Assembly (NCBI RefSeq): GCF_030028105.1
Contig: NC_092396.1
Span: 27,593,474-27,657,473, forward strand
DNA: 64,000 nt
Origin: Mobula birostris
Taxonomy: Eukaryota
Direction: 5' to 3'
The notes beneath the pieces are model-generated. The model ran no database searches, was not told the origin of the DNA, and worked only from the letters and a program-made list of their open reading frames with translations. Below, one piece after another: positions 1 to 11,884 of the stretch. Numbering within the stretch: position 1 is the stretch's first letter; each line of letters begins with the position of its first letter. A program made the translations under genes and the position numbers.

Positions 1-129
1 ATTCTTCAACTTCATGAAATATGCTCTGTCATCATTTCCTGTTATCATGCTTACCTCACTTTCTTACCTGTTTTCTTTTAGATGCCTTGCTAATAGTCAG
101 TACTCATCTTTATCACCTGATCTGTCTTA

Positions 130-310
130 CTCCTCACTCCTCCCACTTCCCTTTCCCTTAACTCTCACCTTTCTGAGTCCCTGCTTTGTGAACTGAAAAC
201 TCTCCACTCTTCTCCTGGTTCTGAGGAAGGATTGCTGACAGGTTTCATTTTCCACAGATGCTGCTTGAATGCCAAGTTCCTTCAGCATTTCTGTTTTTGT
301 TGCAAAATAC
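130..310 (+). mobile_element. Degenerate Penelope-like element terminal fragment
   Basis: ctgaggaagg...cacagatgctgcttgaatgccaagttccttcagcatttctgtt resembles the better-preserved termini at 39136-39276 and 40946-41070. Confidence 0.55.
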
Positions 311-344
311 TGCAAATGCCATTCTATTGCCTACTGAGACATGG

Positions 345-596
345 CACGAAATAGGCTCTCCCAGCCCTTTGAGCCATGTCACCCAGCAATCCCACAATTT
401 AATCCTAGCCTAATCATGGAACTATTTACAATAACCAATTAACCTACCAACTGGTACATCTTTGGACGGTGGGAGGACACTGAAACCCTCGCAGTCACGG
501 GGCGAACGTACAATCTCCTTACAGGCAGTGGCGGGAATTGAATTAGGGTTGTTGGTACTGTAAAACGTTGTGCTAACTGCTACACTACCATGCCAT
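345..596 (-). mobile_element. tRNA-derived SINE, V-SINE/HE1-like
   Basis: The minus strand starts ggcatggtagtgtagcagttagcac (box A-like) ... ttcaattccc (box B-like), followed by a V-domain-like body and a LINE-like tail. Confidence 0.7.
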
Positions 597-3190
597 CCAT
601 GCTGGAAATCTTAAAACAGAAAATATTGGAAGATTGGCCCAAGTGTGCCCAGCACTTTCAATTTATAGTTCTTTCCAAGCAGAGTTCTATTTTCACTTTT
701 GCGCTGGTTGCAAAAGTGGCAGCAGAAGGATGTAGTAACCTAACCCAAGTTATAGCATGAAGATACTTCATAATGTTTCACACCTATATATTAAATTAGT
801 CTATAAGTATCTAGAGACACCTTATAAATTTTTGAAAATGTAGGTTAACTTATTTAAACAAAATTACCACATGGATATTCCAAAAGAGCACTTTTAACAC
901 ATTCAGAAGTTTCTCTTGGCTGTGATAGCTGCATTTACGGGTAGATAAAATGAGCAAAGTTTTGCTGTAGCAACAATGCTTTCTGAGGTTGGCAGTGAAT
1001 GACTGCAGAAGCACATTTTAGCAGCTTTTTTTACTGAATGAATGTTACTGGTAATTTTGCTTTAATTGTGCTTGTATACATTTGAAGAAATTTGTGTAAG
1101 AGCAGAGTTACAACTAGTGAAACATCAGCATCAAATTAGAAAATGATAAATTGTTAAACCTAAAAAGTGAAATTCAGAGGAATCCAGGCGGGGGCATTAT
1201 TATTGACCATTTTGCTCGTCATAGTCCATTATCCTGCTAATTCTATCAGGCTCACGAATGCCAAAACAGTATTTGTGCATGGCAGTAAGGTGAACACAGC
1301 ACTCATTACACAAACCCCTTGTATGAACCATTGTTCAAGGATTTAAAAAAAAGTCATGCTGCAAGCCAATCCTTCCTGCTATAAATTGATGATTAAAGCA
1401 CAAATAACATTCTCAAATTACTGTGTCTATGAGAAACATGGTGCTTCGCTAGTTAGTTTCTGAATATGAGACCGTCCCTTAGTTTCAGACCACTCATTTT
1501 GATATGGCAAAATATTTTGCCTTTTTTCACATTTGAGAATACCTGGGTTTTGTGTGATTGTGGTGATTACAGGTATTAATGCATTTCTGCAGCCAGTGGA
1601 ATTCTTCAGCAGATTAATGTGAATTTATTTTTAAACCATCACATTGCTTCGAACTATTAGTGAATTGATGATATGTCATTGAGTTCATTCAGTTGCAGGA
1701 AAGCCATAATTCTATCTCAAGCGAGTCAAATATATTATGGCATTTTGTTCTGACAGCAGAGAGCTGGGTTATTTGCCATCATCTCAACATACAATGAATA
1801 GAAAATGAAAGAACAATGGCAAGATAAACTAAACTAGCAAATTTATAGTTCAAGTCTTAAGTTGCTTCCTTGAAGTGGTGGCTTCGAAGCACTTATAAGA
1901 CCACGTTAAAGAAGAATGATAAAGAAAATTCCATTTTGCCCATTGAGTCTGCTCCACCATTCTATCACGGCTGATTTATTATCCCTTGCTACCTATTCTC
2001 CTGCCTTCTCCCCATAATGCTTGATACCCTGCTCAATCAAGAACCCATCAACCTCCACCTTAAATACACTCAATGACTTGACCTGTCAGCTGTCTGTGGC
2101 AATGAATTCTACAGGTTCATCACCCTCGAACTAAAGAAAAATTTCCACACCCCTGTTCCAAATGGATGTTCCTCTATTCTTAGGCTGTGTCCTCTGGTCC
2201 TGGACTTACCCACTATAGGAAACATCCTCTACACATCCACTCTATCTCGGCCATTCACCATTCAATTGGTTTCAATGAGATCCCTCCCTATTCTTCTAAA
2301 CTCCAGAGAGTACAAGCCCAGAGCCATCAAACATGGCTTATTAGTTAATACTTTCATTCTGGAGATCATTCTCATGAACCTTCACTTGACCCTCTCCAAT
2401 GCTAGCATTTCTTTTCTTTTCTTAGATAAGGGGCTCAAAACTGCTCACAACCCTCCAAGAGCAGTTTGACCAATGCCTTAAAAAGCCTCAGCATTACTTC
2501 CTTGCTTTTGTACTTCAGTCCTCTTGAAATGAAGGTCTAATGTTGCATTTGCCTCCCTACCACTGACTCAACCTGCAAGTTATCCTTTAAGGAATCCTGT
2601 ATGAAGACTCCTTTGCACTTCTGATTTTTTAATTTTCTCCCCATTTAGAAAATAGTCCACACTTTTATTCCTTCTACCAAAGTACATGACCATCAACACT
2701 CTTACACTTCTGCTGCTTCTTTGTCATTCTCCCAATCTGTCCCAAGTCTTTCTGCAGATAACCTGCTTCCTCTACACTACCTGACCTTTCATCTATCTTC
2801 ATATCCTTCACAAATCTGGCCCCAAATACATCAATTCCATTAACAAAATCATTGACAAATGACATGAAAAGAAGAGGTCCCAACACTGACTCCTGCGACA
2901 TATCACGAATCACCAGCAGCCAACCAGAAAAGGCCCTGTTTATTCCAACTCTTTGCCTACTGCCAATCAGCTAATCTTTTATCCATGCTAGTATCTTTCC
3001 TGTAATACCTTGGGCTCTTATCTTGTTAAGCAGTCTCATGTGCAGCACCTTGTTAAAAGCCTTCTGAAATCCTTAATAATAAACTAACACCTTTCTAACC
3101 GCAAAAGCCAGGATAACTGGTCTATAATTTCCTTTATCCTCCCTCCCTCCCTTCTTAAATGGTGGAGTGGCATTTGTGATTTTCCAGTCC

Positions 3191-4026
3191 CAGACATCCC
3201 ACCCTGCAAAAACTCATATCAGGGAGGTAGCACCATCAATTTGCGGGAGACTTCCAGGAGAGGTGGGATGTCTGCAATAGCGTAGCTCCTTAGCAGCTGG
3301 CCAACTAGTTTAAATAACATTATCTATGCTAATGAACGAATGACACCTGTTAAACTCACCTCAACACGTCTTTTACAGTCTTAACCCACCATGGGCAATA
3401 GAAAAGTCACTGTTGCAAACAGTGCAGCGAGCAACACTGTCATTATTTTGACCCCTATAAGGCAGGGGTACACTTCAGTGTAGTCTGGGGTGACATATGC
3501 TTTATATATTTTTTTGGAACACTCTACCACTCTGACTTTTTTTGGAACTCCCTCGCTCTCTCGCTCGTGGTTGCTCTCACTCACGCTAGCTCTCTTGTGC
3601 TTGCTTTCTCGCTCTCTTGCGCGCGCTTGCTTTCTCACTCTCGCACTTGCTTTCTCGCTGTCGTTCTCTCTCGCACTTGCTTTCTCGCTCTCACTCTCTC
3701 GCGCTTGCTTTCTCGCTCTTGCTCTCGCTCTCTCGCTTGCTTTCTCACTCTTGCTCTCACTCTCTCGCGCTTGCTTTCTCGCTCTCACTCTCTCGCACAT
3801 GCTTTCTCGCTCTCACTCTCTCTCGCACTTGTTTTCTCGCTCTCTCATGGTCGTTCTCACTCACGCTTGCTTTCTTGCTCCTGTGTTCGCTCTCTCGCAC
3901 GCGTTCTCTCATGCTCGCTCTCAAAAAAATCAATTTCCGGGACATTGTATATAATTTGCGGGCATCAGGGAGCCACTATTAATTTGCAGGAGACTCCCAG
4001 AACTTCCGGGAGAGGTGGGATGTCTG
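3191..4026. mobile_element. Non-autonomous DNA transposon, 836 bp, 13-bp TIR CAGACATCCCACC, 6-bp TSD CAGTCC (hAT-like)
   Basis: TSD copies at 3185-3190 and 4027-4032; removing the element restores the CR1 sequence ttttccagtcctctggaacc. Confidence 0.85.
3551..3921. repeat. Compound CT-rich micro/minisatellite (ctctcgc(a/g)cttgctttctcg units)
   Basis: Directly visible tandem array inside the 3191-4026 element. Confidence 0.95.
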
Positions 4027-7000
4027 CAGTCCTCTGGAACCATTCCAGAATCTAGTGATTCTTGAAAGATCATTACTAATGCCTCCACAATCTCTCCAGC
4101 TACCTCTTTCAGAACCCTGGGGTGTAGTCCACCTGACTCAGGTGACCTACCTATCTTCAGACTTTTCAGCTTCCTAAGCACCTTCTCCTTAGTAACACAG
4201 CAAAGGCACTCACTTCTGCCCCCAACACTTGAATTTCTGGCAAAATGGCTCATGTCTTTGACAGTGAAGACTGATACAAAATACTTAAGTTTGTCCCACA
4301 TTACTACCATTCCAGCGTCATTTTCCAGCAGTCCGATATCCTCTTGTCTCTCTTTTACTCTTCATATATCTGAAAAAACCTTACCTTCTTTTATATTGTT
4401 AGCTAGTTTACCTTTGTATTTCATCTTTTCTCTCTTAATGGATTTTTAGTTTCCTTCCATTGGTTTCTAAAAGCTTCCCAATTCTCTACCTTCCCACTAT
4501 TTCAGGTGAGTTGCTAAATTTATTACATGAAAAGAATTAAATAAACAGGTTTTTGTACCATTTAGAAAAGTCTCTTCTAATGCGTTTCTGCTACTAGAAG
4601 AGATATTCTAAGATAGTTATTTGTGTACAAATTTAAAAATAAACAGTGAGAAAAAAAGTACAAAGATAAAAATTTCATCAAGCATTCTTACAAAAGCAGT
4701 ACTTTGAACACCCATCCACTGCTGCGCAGCAAAATGGTGCATGCCTATTAGAAAAAAACTGGCATTTTCACTGCAATCCAATACTTTCAATCATTTTTTC
4801 AGGCAGGTTGAACAAGGCAACATTCTCCTGTGCTGCAATGAATGATAGACAATAAATTTGCAATTTGTTGTTTTTGTCCTAATACAATTTATTCAAAGAA
4901 TAATGAATTCTATGTGCCTCATTTTGGGAAACTTTCCACTGACCAAATAACAGCAAAAAGAAAATGGTTTTATTTGGGCAGGTAATTCATTATATATGTA
5001 AAAATGAAATGTAGCCAGTTTCAGAATCAACTGGGCAGAAGTAATTATGTAGCTTCAGAAAGTACATGTGAGATTCATGTTACAATAGAGATTTATCTGC
5101 TCAACTGCATGTCTAACAAAGAATAATACTATTTCCTAATGTGTGTCAGTGTTGTATGCTTGCTCACACTGGTATGGCTTTTCTGTACCGTAGGGCTTTT
5201 ATTTGAATTTTTTTTCCCACAAAAGTTAATGTCTACTGGATAATAGGATATTTAGGGAAATTCTTATTATAATGTAATTAATTCCATTTAAATTTGCTCA
5301 TCACCCCGAAATTTGTCTTTATATAACATTTTTAATATTGCAATACAGCTCAAAGAAGTAGGTATAGACAAGCATCTAGATAGAGAAAGCAGAGAGGGAG
5401 GTGAAGAAATCCAGACAAAATTCAAACGCTTTGTCAGCTGTAGTCCAGGCCAGCAATGATTCAACAATTAAAACTGAGAGTACACAAGATCAGAGTTGGA
5501 AGAAGGCAGATGTACCTCAAATTATGGGTGAACAGAATTTGATGTGAAGTGGTCGGTAGTGAGCAGAATTTTCAATGACTTCAAGTTTACAGAGGGCAGA
5601 AAGTTGGATGTGAACTAGAACTTTCATAATCTAGAAGTAGCAAAGACAGGGATGAGAATTTTAGCAGAAGGTATGCTGAAGTAGAGTTAAACTGAACAAA
5701 ACAGTGCAACCAGCAGCTTGTACATACATTTCAGCCAGTGGTATTAATACAACATGATAATTACAACAAAGTCAGGTACACTCAGGACTGTTTTCATTTT
5801 CATCTAATACCAGGTTAAAATGTATTGCTTACCTCCCTCATGATTTACTATGAGCTGTGATGTCATTTCTTATAAATAAAGCCATTGTTGCTTAATACGT
5901 GAAAACTCACTGTAATGAATCACCCTAGTTTAAAGAAGCTGAAGGGGGTTGTACACTACAGTGGTTCCCAAGGGTCATTCAGTTCAACATTAAAAACTAT
6001 AAAGAATACAAGCCAATTTTCATGCAGGTGTCTGCAAGATGAGCACAGTCCAAACTGGAGTAGAATACCTCTTAAATACAAACGTTTGTACGTCACATGC
6101 AAGAAGCAGGGTCAAATCAAACTCTCGTACACCCAGCTGCAGAACTCATGTGTTCATATACAAATCAAAGATGCGTACCTACAGTACATCTAGTCCACAA
6201 CAACAACTGGAGGCACACCCGTTCTCAAAAATGCTCTCAAGGATACTCTCTCTTTTCTACACATTGGTCACCTTTCTCTTAGCATTGAGACTTTGATTAA
6301 TCCACTAATTACCAATGCCAAATCCTGTATCAAAATGCATTGTTAAGGCAGGAAAAAGTAAAATTGGTGTATTTGCACCTAGCTGTAGTTGTTAACAAAA
6401 AAAAACTGAGTAATTCCCAACCATTTTAGTTAGCATTACTATTAAATACCCGGATATTTTTTAAGAGTGTGCATTCGAGAACAATCTAACTATAATAATT
6501 CTCCCTTGGGTCGAGATACTTAGGAGACACAGTGAAAAGTACATGAACACATAAAAGCAAACATCACACTCCATATCACCTCTGCATAAGCATTCAAATA
6601 GGTGATCTTGTCTGTGTACCTCAAATAATGATGGGTCCTTGTATGAATTGACGTGCAAAATCAAATTCTCAGAAAAAGAAAAAAGGGAAAATAAAAAACT
6701 TAAATCAACATAAAATCACATATTCTAAAAGAGAAATGCATTTAAAATAATTCAACCACTTTAATTCTACAGTGAATATGAGATAAAATAAATAAATAGC
6801 ATGCTACCTTTCTTCACAGGATTGCAGCAAAATTTTGTGTTTATTCTTATAGCAGAACTATTCCTCTGAATCTGGTATTAATAAGTGATTTATTTTGCAC
6901 TGTATTACATTCAAAATTAATGGCCTAGCATGATATGTTAACATAATCAATTTCACATACAAGTGAAATTTAAAGAATACATTTTATACCACGAGTGGGG

Positions 7001-7489
7001 ATGTTAATGCTGGATAATCCAGTCTTTTGAACTCCTGTCAAAGAGGAAATAGTAATTATCCAGGCAGCCTCAATCCTGGGTCATGTACAGGATACAAGTT
7101 ATTATCGTGAAAACATGGCCTCCATTCTGGGTCAATCATAGCCCATCAGTCATTACCCAACAGCATAGCTTAAATGCCAACAAGCTTGTAATTAGCCTGA
7201 CAACACAGCCTAGATTCTATGCAGAATCACAAATCATTGTCAGTCTCAAGTCAGCTTTTGGACCACTGTTATTATTCTTACAAGACAGCTAAAATTGAGA
7301 TTAGTTTCATACAGCTCATCTGTTATGCTGACAAAATCTTAATCCATGGAAATGCACCAGACACTCATTATCCTCACAGTGTAGCTGTCACCCACTTCAA
7401 ACAGGAACCTAATTATTTTGCCAACATTGCCTCAATCGCTTGAGAAATAACCCAAGTAACCAGAATATAAGCTAATGTATTCTTTCAAC

Positions 7490-7695
7490 TTGGCAACTCA
7501 CACAAAATGCTGGAGGTCAGGCAGCATTTATGAAAGTGAATAAACAGTCAATGTTTCAGGCCGAGATCCTTTATCAGGACTGGAGAGGAAAGGAGAAGAT
7601 TCCAGAATAAAAAGGTGGGCAGAGAGGAAGGAGGACAAACTAGAAGGTGATAGGTGAAACCAGGCGGGTGCGAAAGGTAAAGGGCTGGAAAGGAA
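7490..7695 (-). mobile_element. Penelope-like element terminal fragment with hammerhead-like motif (7545-7582)
   Basis: The minus strand reads cagtc-ctgataa-aggatctcggcct-gaaa-cat-t-gactg, followed by the shared atgctgcctgacc...ccagcattttgtg tail. Confidence 0.8.
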
Positions 7696-8455
7696 CTTTA
7701 CATTTAGCTTGTTCTTCTCTATCGCTAAATGCATCGAAGGCACAAATCAACAAGTTATCTCATTTATACAACTGTTCTTCATTTACAAGCGGAGATCACC
7801 AATAGCAGTGGGATGTTTTCCATGCAGGGTATCACCAGCTTCTGAATTCACCCAAAGTGAATTGCCCATAATTTTCAGGAGGTGGAGGAAATCTCTGATT
7901 CCTGTTCTGATCAACAAAGCCAATGGCAGCATTCCAGGAAAAACTGTAGTTCCCAACACAAATCCCAACTTCTAGAAATCAACATTTCAAACAAACCCAT
8001 ATGTGGATTTAATCATCTAACAGTGCCCAAACTTAACAAAATCAAAAATCAGTCCCAACTTTTGAATCCATACTATTATACTTACAAAACATTGAGTTCC
8101 CAATTAAGTCTATACAACTCAATAGCTATGCTCCACCAGCCTTTGTAAGTGAAGGAAGGAAAACGATTCCAAATTATAAATTTAGTAACTTTGAAGTTTC
8201 TCGTACACAAATCTCATCTTGATCATGACTCCACCTTACCTCAACTAATTCTTCAGACATGTCTCAGCTAATCTTTTCAGCCCTTCAATACCAGACGATG
8301 CACTTCCTTTTCCCACTGCACTACCAGTTGCTTTTTTATACTTTCCCAAACCACTGTTGTGCTCCTTTTTCTCAGCCTTGAAAAGTTCTCAGAATATATA
8401 TTTGTAACACTAATTTCAGACATTATATTTAATGCAATCTTCATTTTCATAGCTA

Positions 8456-9918
8456 CAGTGCCTATAAAAAGTATTCATCCCCTTGGAAGTTTTTCAAGTT
8501 TTATTCTTTCACAACATTTAATCACAGTGGATTTACTTTGTCATTTTTGTAACTGATCAACAGAGGAAAGGCTCATGTCAAAGTGAAAACAGATCTCTAC
8601 AAAGTGAACTAAATTAATTACAAATATAAAACACAAAATAATTGATTGCATCAGTATTCACCCTCCTTTAATAAGACACACCAAATCATCACTGGTGCAG
8701 CCAACTGGTTTTAGAAGTCACATAACTAGTTAAATGGAAATCTTTTTTGGAGACCTGGGTGCAGTCAAGGTGTTCCAATTGACAAGTAAAAATACACCTG
8801 TATCTGGAAGGTCCAATTGCTGATGAGTCAGTATCCTGGCAAAAACTACAACATGAAGACAAAAGAACACTCCAAGCAATTCCGCGAAAAGGTTATTGAA
8901 AAGCACCAGTCAGGAGATGGATACAAGACAATTTCCAAGTCAATGAAAATTAAGTCAATCATCAAGAAATGGAAAGAATATGCCACAACTGTAAATCTGC
9001 CCAGAGCAGGCCATCCTCAAACACTGAGTGACCATGCAAGAAGGGGACTAGTGAGGGAGGCCAACAAGAGACCTATGACAACTCTGGAGGAGTTACAAGC
9101 TCAGTAGCTGAGATGGGAGAGACTTCATATACAACCGTTGCCCGGGTGCTTCACCAGTCACAGATTTATGGCAGAGTAGCAAAGAGAAAGCCACTACTGA
9201 AAAAGACTATCAGACTAAACGTGTTAGCCAAACACTGCACATCATCAAAAATACACCACTCCTACCCTGAAGCATGGTGGTGGTTGCATCATGCTGTGGG
9301 GATGCTTCACTGCAGCAGGCCCTGAAAAGCTTGTAAAGGTAGGGGAATGCAGCAAAATACACGGAAATCCTGGAGAAAAACCTGATGCAGTCTGCAAGAG
9401 AACTGCGACTTGGGAGATTTCTTTTCCAGCAAGACAAAGACCCTAAGCATAAAGCCAAAGCTACATACAAATGGTTTAGAAATGGCAGTTAATGTCCTGG
9501 AGTGGCTAAGTCAGAGTCCAGACCTCAATTCAATTGAGAATTTGTGGCTGGACATGAAAAGGGCTGTTCACTCATGATATCCATACAATCTGACAGAGCT
9601 TGAGCAATTTTGTAAAGAAGAAATGGGGAAAAATGCAGTGTTTAGATATGCAAAGCTGATAGAGACCTATGTACACAGACTCAAGGCTGTAATTGCTGCC
9701 ACAGGTGCACCTACTAAATAGTGACTTGAAGGTGGTGAACATTACGTAATTATTTTGTGTTTTATATTTGTAATTAATTTCGATCTCTTTGACACGAAAG
9801 AGTCTTTTCCTGTTGATCAGTGTCAAAAAAAGCTAAATTTAATCCACTCTGATTCAATGTTGTAAAACAATAAAACATGAAAACTTCCAAGGGGCTTGAA
9901 TACTTTTTATAGGCACTG
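8456..9918 (+). mobile_element. Tc1-family (DD34E, IR/DR type) transposon, defective
   Basis: TA|cagtgcctataaaaagtattca ... tgaatactttttataggcactg; TIRs of about 200 bp; transposase relic MKTKEHSKQFREKVIEKHQSGDGYKTISK...QQDKDPKH...SQSPDLNSIENLW with frameshifts and a deletion. Confidence 0.93.
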
Positions 9919-10218
9919 GATAGGTTCAATTTAAGACTACTATTCAGTGCATGGACCATCAAAATGTTGAAGATTCAGAGGTGGCTTGGCAAGTTCAACC
10001 TATAGTGATTGTGACGAAAAACTACTCTACAGCCTCACGCATTGTGTTCCATTTCAAAACACTTGACTCCTTTCATAATGAGCTGAGGGATATGTCCAGA
10101 ACATAAAAGGCATTAAATTAAATGAGGAAAACTGGCTAACAAAAATTAGAAAAAGGAAAACTTTTTTTTTGTACCAGCTTAGTCAGAAAGAAATGAATAT
10201 TGGAATTTTTTTTTCTAC

Positions 10219-10401
10219 CTTGTTTCGTAGCGAGAATGTCCCAGGCGACCTAGCAAACAAGAATCGGTTCTTCACTTTTAGTTTACCAAGGTTTGCCACA
10301 ATCAGCTGGTTCGATTTGGAGCTTTCTGGAATCAGGAGAACTGGTGCACCAGCCTCGATGTCAAGCAGGATTCGAGAGCCCCTCTGTGCCTTATCTCGCA
10401 C
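10219..10401 (-). CDS. VPS13D: VPS13D coding exon (approx. exon 25), 183 nt, phase 0/0
   Basis: atctag|GTG ... AAG|gtagaa; encodes VRDKAQRGSRILLDIEAGAPVLLIPESSKSNQLIVANLGKLKVKNRFLFARSPGTFSLRNK. Confidence 0.95.
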
Positions 10402-10552
10402 CTAGATTCCTCAAAGCAAGAAGGGACGGAGAAGAAAATAATTAGTGACTGCTTGAAACAAACACTTAAAATACCGCAAATTTAGATTAGTAAGTGCCTT
10501 GGAAAAGGAAAGACAAGTTTGCATTCTAGGTATAAGCCTTTATAATAAATTC

Positions 10553-10650
10553 TAATGTATTTCTGTATTTTCCTGCAAGAAAATGAATCTCAGGGTATTA
10601 TATGGCAATATATACACAGTTTAATAATAAATTTACTTTAACTTTGAACC
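10553..10650 (+). mobile_element. LINE 3'-end fragment (Rex1-like subfamily)
   Basis: gcaagaaaatgaatctcaggg...aataaatttactttaactttgaac, a short-repeat tail. Confidence 0.5.
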
Positions 10651-11104
10651 TTACAATCAGCAAGACCTATGATTAGATTTCAAATACCTTGATGTAAGAG
10701 GTCCGAACTACAAACTGTTCTTGCCACTGTCGCATTTTTACAGAATGTCTAAAACCTGCTTAAGGCCTCTTATTTGTCTTGGATCTTCCTCATTTTTACT
10801 GGCTTTTCAAGACCTATATCTCAGCAAGGAATTCTATTGCTTTCCTCTATTGGCAGGCCATGTTGAAACAAAGAAGCCCAACGCCCCACCCCTATCATTT
10901 TACTTGTAGTAGTGTGATCACTCGAGTTGAGTATAATGTTTTTATAAGGAGTTGTCTACTGGTGAGAAAAAAAGAACTCTTGATGGAATACTTTACAATG
11001 ACTTTCTTAATCTTGTAAAGACTCATTTCAGTATCCATTTCTCCTCTAGACAGCTTCAGACTTTTTGACTTTATTTGCTCAATTATAAATGTAGTCAAGT
11101 ATAT

Positions 11105-11866
11105 GGTCATTCATTTTTGTAGAAGGAATAAAAGCACACACTATTTTCTAAATGGGCAGTGAATTCAGAAATTGGAGGTGCAAAGGGACTTAGGAGCCCG
11201 AGTGCAGAATTGCCTAAAGGTTAAATTGCAGGTTGAGTCAGTAATAAGGAAGACAAATGCAATGTTTCTAGAAGAGTAAAATATAAAAGGAGGATGCAAT
11301 GCTGAGGCTTTATAATGCATTGTTCAGTCAGTCTTTGAAGTATTGTTAGCAGTTTAGGGCACCTGATGTATGAAAGGATGTTTTGGCATGAAAAAGGGTC
11401 CAGAGGAGGTTTACAAGAATAATCCTGAGAATGAAAGAGTTTATATATGAAGAGTATTTGATGCTCTCGGCCTGTACTCACTAGAATTTAGACGATTAAG
11501 GGGGAATCTCATTGAAGCCAACAGAATATTGAAATACCTACACAGACAGGAAGTGGAGAGGATGTTTCCTTATCATGGGAGAGTCTTGGACCGGGAGCAC
11601 AGCCTCAGAATAGAAGGATGTCTCTTTAGAATAGCTATGTGGAAGAATTTCTTTAGCCAGAGGGTTTTGAATCTGTGGAATTCATTGCCAGAGAAATTAT
11701 GGAGGCTAAGTCATTAGATATAGTTGATAGTAAGGGTGTCAAAGGTTGCAGGAAGAAGCCAGGAGAATGGGGTTGACAGGGAAAATACAATAGCCATAAT
11801 CAAATGGCCTAGCAGTCTCAATGGACCAAATGGCCTAATTCTGCTCCCATGTCTTACGTTCTTATG
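11105..11866 (+). mobile_element. CR1-like LINE 3' fragment
   Basis: FFSQRVLNLWNSLP motif and tail ggcctaattctgctcccatgtcttacgttcttatgg. Confidence 0.9.
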
Positions 11867-11884
11867 GAATTTGCTGCTGTCATA

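Larger units (their letters stand above)
1893..4500 (-). mobile_element. CR1/HER1-like LINE, 5'-truncated and decayed, interrupted at 3191-4026
   Basis: RT fragments SQESVLGPLLF and SPESGGLHPRVLKEVAGEIVEAL; 3' tail near 1893. Confidence 0.9.

Noticed and set aside
3381-4055. Five overlapping ORFs of 62-162 aa (RARARE- and LSLAL-rich)
   Set aside because: Artefacts of a stop-free CT/GA microsatellite inside a non-autonomous transposon.
5827-5870. Strong donor-like GAG|gtaagc on the minus strand
   Set aside because: No upstream acceptor gives a convincing in-frame exon.
5915-6296. Plus-strand ORFs of 61-92 aa as a nested antisense gene
   Set aside because: No recognisable domain or splice structure; the lengths are within chance expectation.
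7783-7971. Minus-strand open stretch as the next VPS13D exon
   Set aside because: Poor pyrimidine tract, weak donor and no resemblance to the expected downstream VPS13D sequence. The next exon is probably left of the window.
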